NCBI RefSeq assembly: GCF_002105155.1
Contig: NW_019029013.1
Location: 62,001-126,000, forward strand
Direction of reading: 5' to 3'
From: Lobosporangium transversale
Lineage: Eukaryota
DNA: 64,000 nt
Position numbers and translations under genes: made by a program. The notes below the pieces were generated by a model, which was not told the origin of the DNA, made no database searches, and was given only the letters and a program-made list of their open reading frames with translations. Below, in pieces: positions 53,885-64,000 of the stretch; within the stretch, counting starts at the first letter, position 1; the number at the start of each line of letters is the position of its first letter.

Positions 53885-55473
53885 ATATATAATTTGACGC
53901 CACTACACCGTAGTGCTATGTCTTCTTACCTTACTACTAAAGATGGCTCCTCCTTGCCGTGAGGCTGTTATGGCTGCTTGTGCAATTGGATAACGCTTCT
54001 CTCGGTACAATTGGAGGGCTTGAGAGATGTCTTTGGCTGCGGTCGAAGGTAGTGTGTGTAGTATTTCCACAAGTGCGACTGCATCCAAAATCGCTTGTGT
54101 TGCGCCCTGGCCGCCTAGCATGATGAATTTATGGAGTAAGGACAAAGGTATATGGGAAGTATTTTTAGTGTTAGTGGTCTTATCTGGTATAAGCGCTCAA
54201 TGGATGGCGCTGGGATGCTTTAAAGGTTATTCATCCTAACTTACCGAAAGGGACGACTTTATGGCATGCTACCAAACATCAGCGACACCATTTTTTAGAA
54301 ACATATGTATATATTGACGAGAGGAGAACCCGAGTTAGCTAATCTCAGTACTTCCTATGCTTCAAGCGTTTCATTTTTTGACATCAAGTTTTAGATACAT
54401 AGGAAGCAAAATTGCATTATTACCATCTCCTAATAATACAACTCGGTTAGAATGCCAGGTTTCAAACATTTTGTCCTCGAGCATAACTTTTGAAATGACA
54501 TCCTTGGGTGTCTGACTAAGCAAATCTTCAACTGTTCCATTATGGTATGGTGACCTAAACCCCTGAAGATGTCTTTGGATTAATGACTTGTTTTGCTTTT
54601 GTTTCTTGTTCTCATCCCTATTCCCTCAGACAATATTCATAGGGCTTACTCGGACTTTATTACAAAGCTCCTCGGCAGCATCCTCAGGTCCCCATTCTGG
54701 GAAAATGAAGTTCTCTTCGGGTGGGTTCTCATGACTTCCTTTTCCTCTTTGAAATATGGATCCAGATCCAGATCGTTGCTGCTGATATTGCTGTTGATGC
54801 TGACTCCGACCGTGATACTGACGCTGCCCTGAAAAAGCTTTTGCGTTAATCATCCAGGAGATACAGTTGTTTTTAAGCGGCATCAACCAAACAGAATATG
54901 AGTAATCCTTAGCAAGAATCACTTCAAATTCACATAAAGGCTCTTTAAGCGCAGGATATAACTCTGGATCTAGTGGCCTAGTCACTCCAACTAGCTGGTA
55001 TGTATGAATGTCGGGAGAAAAATGAGAATATTATACAGCATTTTGAGTATATATAGGTTAGCATGGGATGTAATAATAATCAAAGCAATATATGTTCACA
55101 TCAAAAAATAGACAATTGTAGGGCAAGAAGGTCGCTCCAAGTTTATATAGAGAATTTCATCAGAACGTACACAATGTTGATCAAACCGAAAGGGTGCAAA
55201 GTCTGCTTCAGGAACAGTAATGCCTTCGGCCTGCATGTTCTGGTATAAGCGTTGCCTGACAGTCGAATATGCACCATCACATCCAATGACGAGGTCAGCC
55301 TTATACTCGCTTTAATACATAAATATGGAAGGAAGTCAGTAAACAATAGGAATTAAAAAGATGAAAAAATGATGGGCTTTGTTCAGTATGTCTATGGTCG
55401 CGTGGCTTTTTGAAGGCCACGTTGTTGTCATTGTTTGATGATACTGCTATTATCCTGTTTTTCATATTAATAT

Positions 55474-55508
<35 letters not shown>

Positions 55509-56381
55509 ATACCTGTCATCAGAACAGTAAACAGAAACTGAGCCTGAATGAATGGACCTTGGTCGGTCACCAACATGGTCTGCGTGTTCAATCACCCGAA
55601 GGACCTTCTTGCCCATCTTGATCTTATGCGGTGCAACTCTCGACAGAAGCACCTTCATCAGATCTGGACGTGCTAAAATCTTTTTTGTTTGTTTGTTTGT
55701 TTGTTTGTTTACATGTTTAAAAAATGAAAGAGTGAATCAGATCAGTTGCCAAGGATACGGTACATTCTTGTGTATTATGAATAAGGGGCATGAAAGAAGA
55801 TGGACAAAAAGAAAAAAGGGATGCCGCGAAGATGGTCATGGCGGTTTTTGTTGATTCAAGTGAATATGAAAAAACAAACATAAAATAACAAACAGGAGCA
55901 GAAAAAAACTTATTTACCTCGTTATAGTAACTACATGGCGTAAGCGATGGGAGACATTAGAGTAGGATAGAGAGCCAAAATAGTCAACAAAATGGAGGAA
56001 ACAAGCATGAAGGAAGCAATACGGATCATCTGTGATTCTGTAAAAAAAAGTAGCCAAAACTTTTGTTGTTTACCCATATCGCGACTTTGAAAAATCTCCT
56101 TCAATGACGCCTATTTTCTTGCCGTCTGCCATCGTCACATTGGTTCGACTGAACTCTTTACTGAGTCGATGTAGATCCTCATAAACCCCAATTTGCTCAA
56201 GCACGCGAAGCACGACAGGTGAAAGTGCGATCGCACTCCCCATGAACCCATGAGCTATCCTTTTCTCCAGTATGATATAATCGATCCCAGCATGATCCAA
56301 CATTATAGCTGTCACTAATCCGCCGATCCCGCAACCCACAATGATCACTTTAAGTGACTTGGATGTTATTGTTGATACCAT
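53624..56381 (-). CDS. FAD-dependent monooxygenase (group A flavoprotein aromatic hydroxylase; salicylate hydroxylase/zeaxanthin epoxidase-like), about 491 aa, 9 exons (56381-56074, 55930-55918, 55679-55513, 55309-55171, 54994-54650, 54562-54424, 54268-54245, 54114-53930, 53779-53624)
   Basis: Rossmann motif VIIVGCGIGGL..LEK, ARPDL, DG motif ADLVIGCDGAYSTVR and GD motif RVVLLGDACHKVVPFGGQGATQAILDA. Exons sum to 1476 nt. Confidence 0.9.
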
Positions 56382-58909
56382 CTTTTTTTTTTTTTTTTTC
56401 TTTTCTCGGGTTGGAGACAAATCAAGTGAATTTCAAGCTGCTGGAGTGAAAAAATATTAAAAACCAGAAAGGAAATGAATGATGAATTTGAAACGAGTTA
56501 CATTCAGTAAAAAGGAATGGGGATTCTTTTTTTTTTTTTTTTTTTTTTTTTTTGCCTCTACGGGTAGTTCAAAATAGGACAGAAGTGGCACAACCTGCTA
56601 GACAGCGTGTCTAATGTTGGCTGAACATTCATTTAGAGCACGTTCATGTAGGAAGGAGCCTAAATGCAATAAAAATGATAGGTTCTTGTCTGTTTTCTAA
56701 CCAGAGGCATTGTGGCACAAAGCCGAAAGCAAATTAGGATTCTGATTCTGGGTGTGATTCATAATAAATGTTCCTGAAACTGACAAGAGCATCCTCACTA
56801 TTTTTTCAATTTGATGTTTCATGCTCTCTTGTCTCGCGCTTTCTGGCGCCTCACCATGTACATGTATAAATATATTCATGAAACTCTGCTTGTGACCAAT
56901 TATGACTTGGCATTAGAATCAAATCAGGTGATATGAGTGGTGACGCCAATTGAGCTCTGAATAATGGGTCAGGAGATCGTTGATTGGTTCTCTGAGAACA
57001 AACGCGTAGCATGTAGATATAAATGTTAGTTGATCTGAAATTCGAGTATTTTTTTTTATACCAGACATTGTTCCGTTCAAGCAGGAAGCAAATTCGGCTT
57101 GTTTGCATTTACGAAAAATGCATTGATGCATGTCTAAACATCACTGAATACATTTATTTATATATATATACCATCGGGACAGGACTAAAGCTGCAGAAGC
57201 GTTAACAATAACAGCATCAACCCGATGGATATAGATGGAAAAGATCAACAAAAAAAAAAAAATGATAGAAAAGATAATACGAGACGCGTACAGCCTTTGT
57301 CCATTCAGGAATGCTTATAATAGACACTGTTGTGCTTGCGAAAAAGGGCTCTGAATTAGAGTTTTCTGTAAAAGGTACATGTACACTTGTTCTGGATCCA
57401 AAAAAACGCTCTTGTTTTTTATAGAAAAAAGGGTCTACATTTTGGCCTGTTGTTTTAGACTGCCTTGACTTCATGCAGCAGCTTTCAACACCTCCATGGA
57501 AGGAGTTGGATAAAAAAGAACAGTGTATATATGCATATATATAATATATTTATATATCAGAAGTCTCAAGCTTTTTTGCTATTTTTTTTTTTTTTTTTTT
57601 TTTGTTTTGTTCTTTAGTATCAATAGGACAAATACATCTCCCCAGCGGTCCTCCAAAACAAATCGGCGTACACAATAGATCGAGCTCTTTTAATAACACC
57701 CAGAAGCTGGTGGTACCATGAAATAAAATTTAAAGTCTACAAAATGGTATATAAAACCATGGTTCATTATTTATGTATAGCCCGCTGATTATTTTCCTCA
57801 TGTAAACCACAAAGCAATTATTTGATATTTTAAATGTGGTTAAATGTACCTGTGCACGCGTTATATCAAGCTGAGGCAAGAGTGTTTTATGTGGAGACTT
57901 TCGCCGTTACTCTAACAACAGCAGTTGACTGTTTGAATGATTGAAGGTCTTTTTATTTATTTATTTATTTTATTGCGGGTATATGTATTAAGGCCGGGCA
58001 AATTGTGTTTTGCTCCGGGTTCATAATAAGCGCTCTAGAAAAGTAGCTTCCAGAATAACTATGTCAAAAAAAAAAAAAAAAAAAAAAAAAAAAGATGAGC
58101 AAACGGACAGCCTTTTCCTTCACGTATAAACATAATATATATTATATATGTATGTAAGTATCCAATTATGTACTCCACAAGATATCTTGATGGAAAATGC
58201 CTAGCCAAAGGTTCTTCTTCCTTGAACATCGTTTTCAATTGTTTGGATGATGTACCATGTCAGTGAAAGTGCGAGTTCTCATTCGTTGACTGGCTACTGC
58301 AAAAAAAAAAAAAAAAGGGTGTATTTTTGTTAGTGTCATCAACAGCTTTACATACTGATATACTCTAGCTCATGATACTATTGTTGGCGACCAAACATCC
58401 AAATTTCCATCACTATCACGTCAATCAATAATCTTTTCCATCTCGCGTGTTCTTTATGATTTACATGAATATATTACAACTACAAAACTCTATTTGTTTG
58501 GTGTTTTTTGTTTACTTTTTGAAGGCTAGTGAGAGCAAACATTAGGGAAGTCGTACAAAGACCACAAAGGAATTGCTTCTTCTTCTCCCAGCAGGACAAG
58601 ATTAAACAAATCTATTGTATTGACAAATAACAAAACATTTATGGTCATCCATTGCTGGGACTTTCTACATGTACCATGTGGTATATATTTATAAAGATTG
58701 ACTACACTAGACTAAATTAGATGCTTACACACAACGCAAATGACCTCTTCAACACGGAATATTTACAAAAAAAAATGGTCATCCGTCACATCGTTGCCAC
58801 ACTTTATTCATCGCGACATCACTGCCAGTTGATCCATTAGATCAGTTTTTGTGGAGAATTGAAAAGCTACACGTTTTATATATTTTTATAATGTCATCCC
58901 TTTCCCCCC

Positions 58910-58941
<32 letters not shown>

Positions 58942-61900
58942 GCTTGATACTTCAAAGAAAAGTGAATGATTCGATCATCAACAATAATTATGGCGGCGGT
59001 GACAAGGTTGGGGAAAGTTTCTTTTTTCTGCTTCGGCTTTTCTGACAGCCTATAGTTTTCTTTTATTTTATTTTGTCTCGCATGCATGCAATGCAATGCA
59101 GGATTTTAACCACCTGACTGAAAAACCTTCAACCCCACTATTTTTTTTTTTTTTATTTGCGCAGATGACGAAAAGGATTATTATTGGGCTTGAGGAGAAA
59201 ACACAACAAAATCCCGATCCTTGATCGTCGAATTGCTCAATTAAAAAAAATAAAATAAAATAAAAAAAATAACGATCATATATATAGTACCCTTCTCTCA
59301 CTTCTTACCAAGTATAGGAAACAGGAGAGAATAGAGGGGTGAGTGAGGATGGAGAGGATGTTGGTGGCGAAGCAATGGACGCATTCTTTAATTTGCTTTT
59401 ATTCTTTAAGACAAAAAAAAAGGGCAAGGAAGAGCGAAAGACTCCGAATACGGGCAGAATAAACGTTGAGACTCATGCAGCATACCTCCTTGGACACGGG
59501 GCAAGACCTTTGCCATATTCCTCTTTCCGATTTTCTCCTCCTACATTTGTGGAGAACAATGTTCATAACACGTAACGCGTGTGGGAAATTGTGAAGTTGT
59601 CGGGAAAGGGGGGTAAGGAGAATAAGTAAACGGACCACCAAAAATATAAAAAAAAAAAAAACATTACACAAATGGCCCTCATCGATTAACGACCACATTA
59701 AACATTGGTTGTTGTTCAGCCTACAACTACAGACTTAAAATTTGTACAGAGCCAAGAACTTCCACACCACAGATCAAGAAGACATTTATGACGCATTATC
59801 CCCTTCGGAAAACAAACAATGTAGAGCAAAAAATTTTCATTTATATACAGTTTTGCCCTTGATCGAGTAATATTTTTGTGTCTATAGAACAAGCGCATAT
59901 TTTTCAAGGGTCCCTGAATGCCAACCTTTTTTCACTTTGTTATAACGTTGTTCCTTCGTGTGTGGGAGAATGATTCAAGAACAAAAAAAAAGGGGAAGTG
60001 CCTTGGCAATAAGGACTTTTTGTAGTTTGAGATCTAAGGTTTCCGTTGGACACTTTATTTTTTTTATTTTTTATATTTTATATTTTATATATATTTTTTT
60101 TTTATTTTTTTATTTTTATTTTATTTTTCCCGTAGTATTACGCCCGATCCCACTAAATGTTTCTACAAGAAATAAAATGCGCCAAATGTTCTGTGTCTAT
60201 TATAGTCCTATAATGCTTCTTCCTCCACAACTCAACTGTATACCGCTACGATGCTTACGGTGAGCCATTGGATCATAGTATGGTAGCCTAGACCATGTTT
60301 TACTCCAACGGAACATTATAAATTAAGTGAAAAAAAAAAAAAAAAAAAAAAAAAAAACAAGTACGCACATACACTGGCGTAAAGAAAATAATAAAATGGA
60401 GAAAGAAAAAGGTGTAGGGATCTGAGCCATGCGCTCAACACATCAAACACGTTATTACAAACCCATGATGAGCGGGAGCTGTAATTTTTTATGAAGTGGC
60501 TTACTACCCATTACTTATTAGGATATTGGTGTTACAATGAGCCTTTCATCATTGGTTTTTCTTAGATGTGGATGTGTATAGATTGTGTGCAACAACTATT
60601 GAACCAAGTCTGACGACTTGTGGAAATACAGTGTTCTGTCTTGGCTTTCCAATGTTGTTCATAGTTACGCTACAAGGCAAGATCTTTATTTGAAAACAAG
60701 CATTGAAAACTTTTGAGCGCCTTGGTCGCTTTTTTCCCTTTTGTTTGTTGGGGTGAGGTTGATTGACAACAAAAAAAGGAGTTTGTGTGAGGATGTCGAT
60801 ACAATAAAGGGAGATCCGTGAACGCTGGGAATGAAAAAAGGCATAAGAAGGGCAAGGTGGTTCTTGGCTCAAGGACCCAACCTTGTTTCTAGCAACTGCA
60901 ATATATGCGACATAGTAAAAAAAAATAAAAGTTCAACGCGCTTTGATCTATAAACGTCTGAAAAAGCTCGAAACAGAATAGTTGTTTTGTAAAATAATAA
61001 ACTCGGAGGAACCGAGTTGTGGGCGTGTGAAGAAATTCCTTTTGTCCTCACAAAAATGAAATATATAGAAAGCTGCGAGAGTGGTATATAGTGGAATAAT
61101 AAAGTATACATATACATATCAATGGTAGCAGTACAATGACCGTATAAGCATTTATATACATAAAAGGAAGGCAATATGCAAATGATAGTTCTATCCTGCA
61201 CCAGAACCGGGGCAATTAGGCACCACTACCCTTTTTTATTGCTTTTTTGTGTTTAATACTGTATGGATCAGACAAACGCTTTTTTTTCTCCACACATCCA
61301 CATAGTATAAATATATATATATAATATACATTTATGCAACTGAATATTGACCAAGAGGGTTGCATGCTCCATATCCCGAAGCCCATATCTGTGCTGATCT
61401 CATTTAAAACGGGTATCAATAGGCTAAAGTATTCAAGGTATGATATATATATATATATATATATTATAACGTGGGCTGAGAATGATGAACCCCATCGTCC
61501 ATCTTATTGGAATACTGGTCGGACTAGATCACTGCACCCCTCACCAATCCAAGGTTATTGTTGCGCATATCCCTCGCGTCCTTTCATCCATAATTGTTCT
61601 GAACCCCTCCTAACGTGCCTCGACTTTTTTTTTTTTTTTTTTTTTTTTTTTCCTCTCCACAACAGCAACAACAATAATAGCAATGGCCCTTTTTTTTCTC
61701 CAATCTCCTTTTTCTTGTACGCTCTACAGATCAGAAAAAAAGACTTTTCGACCATAACAAGAAAGTTTTGTCCGGAATAGTTTACATGCTCTTTTTTAAT
61801 GAATACATAGATGTCAGCAATTGAGGATTGTTGGAATTGTTGATGGAAGGAAGAACAGATATATATATATGTGTAGCACATAGATATGTATACAGTACGA

Positions 61901-64000
61901 AAAAAAAAAAAAAGACAAAGATGGAGTTTAATAGAGGTCGTATAATTTATCTTGGTTAAATAGACCATTAAAATAAATATAAATATGTGTTTGCATAATA
62001 TACAAAAATATACAAAGATGAACAGTATTCTTTTTTATAACTGAAAAGATGACCCATCAGCTTTTAAACACATATATATTCAATAGACTCCCCTGACCAA
62101 GAGTATTTGAAAGAAGGTTGCAATTTTACATGTAAAGAAACTGAGAGCGTAACACAAAAAGCTGAATGGACCAGTGACATGGTTGTGGATGTGTATAAAT
62201 CTCCACACATTCACTTTTCAACAGGACGGTACTCATTGGCTTTTTTTTTAAACTGTCTTTACTCTCTAAGTCAATATAAGATCATTTTGTATTGAATAAA
62301 ATAACCTGGACAAAAGGAGCAGAAAAGTATATAATGCCATCAATCCTTGGTTTGATCCGATTTACTCTTTTGCCTTCTAGTAATCCTTTACCACTTCTAC
62401 TTCTCTCTATCACTTCTACTTTACTCTTAATCTCTTAATCCTCTCACTCTCACACCTTTTTGCTAAACTCACGGCACAACGCTTTGGCTGTACGAACTTG
62501 CTTTTTGTTACCTTTTCGTCATTGCACACTTGATCGTTTTCGGGTCATCGCCTCATCATCAACCTTCTCTTCTTTTCTTTTTCATTCATTCTTTCATTCA
62601 TTCGTTCATTAATATTTTTATTGTCTACAGAACGATTTAATTTCCTTTTGTTCTCTGCTCTTTTAGCAGCTGTCTTTTGTTTTTTATTTTATTTTATTGT
62701 ATTATACCCTGTAGTTATTTGTATACTTATTGCCCTACTTATTCACATAAGGATCATTTTTTAGTCCAGGTACAGTATTCAATCATCTTGTACATCATCT
62801 TTTTCTCCTTTTCTGCATTGTTTCTTCAATTGCTCTCTCTTCCTCTTCTCTTCTCCCGCGTGTGCTCTCATTCTCTCTTACTCTTTACACAAAATCTCGC
62901 TCTCTCTGTGTAATGGTCCCTTTACTCTAATATCGCGTCGGTTTGGGTTTTTTTTACACCTTGGAGATTTACTTGGTTATTGCTATTCCAATTGGGTGCA
63001 ATTGACTTTGAATGAAACACGTTATTCTTTGAGATTAAGAGAGCGTTTCATATGGAGGAGAGAGGGAATGTATATGGGTATGATGCATGGTGTATGTGGG
63101 GTACGCTTTTAAAAGAAAAAAAATATAGATTATCCTCATCTCTAAAAAATGAGCATTTTCCGTCATTGAGATGTTTAGATGTGGAGAAAAAAGATAAAAC
63201 GTAGCCAGTGAACGGGAGCATCTTAATGTCTACACCATGCCACGCAAAAAGAAAAAAAAAACAAGAGCCAGGTCATGGGAGAATTTTTTTGGGGGAGAAG
63301 GAGGGGGTAGAAGACTAGGCTCGGAAAGGAGGTAGATAAAAGAGCCAAAAAAAAAGAAAGTTGTCTATGTTTGTGAAATGATGTGATGTGATGTGTGTTG
63401 TGGCTAGGTGTAGCCCATGTAGCCCGTTTTGTTCTTTGTCTTTCGTTTATTGCATGAAAGAATGACAGTATGCAGGAAGTGCGGTTTTGTAGTAAGCAAA
63501 AAGAAGGAAAAAGAACAAAATGTTGGTAACCTATTATGTGCTTCGTCCTAAAAACTGAGTTTGGGTGTTATTTTTTTTTTTTTGGAGATCTGTCCCCCTG
63601 TCTGCCCTGTCCGAAGCTCTTTCCTCTTAAGAGGGTTCAGGTACACCCCACACCCCACGCAGACAAAACAAAATGAATAATACAGTTTGAAATCCTCGAT
63701 TTCCTCCTTTTCCTCCCACATACACTCAGCGATATTATCAAATCCTGCACATGCACATTGACACAACCACCACACGACATCTCTTTTGGGCAGTCCGGAA
63801 TGAAGGGAAAGTAGGAAAAAAAGAAAAAAGAAAAATAGGGACAAGTGAACACAAAGTCTCTTTCCCATCTCTTCACATTTACACAAACACAAAAATACAA
63901 AATTTTTCTTTGTTTGAATGGAAAAAAAGAACAGATCAGCCCACTTGTTTCTTTTTTGGAAACAATGATCCCGCACACTCCCTTAACGTTACTGTTCTAT

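Overview
AT-rich eukaryotic (fungal) genomic DNA with GT-AG spliceosomal introns, many long poly(A)/poly(T) tracts and large intergenic gaps. Gene content and style suggest an early-diverging fungus, probably Mortierellaceae/Mucoromycota (inference). I reconstructed nine protein-coding genes by hand; each spliced model sums to whole codons. They are: a CDC1/MPPE1-type metallophosphoesterase (+), an intronless Ser/Pro-rich disordered protein (+), a Kelch-repeat single-pass membrane protein (+), an NHA1-type Na+/H+ antiporter (+), an HSPA12-like atypical Hsp70 (+), a Yap/AP-1-type bZIP factor (+), DNA topoisomerase I (-), an ABCC4/MRP-like ABC transporter (-) and an FAD-dependent monooxygenase with two micro-exons (-). 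Non-coding features are one tRNA-Gly(GCC) and a Tc1/mariner-type MITE. The most striking signal is three separate poly(A)-tailed, TSD-flanked non-LTR retro-insertions, one nested in another, all in the same orientation and all about 130-180 bp upstream of the tRNA gene once later insertions are removed. This suggests a tRNA-gene-targeting LINE family.
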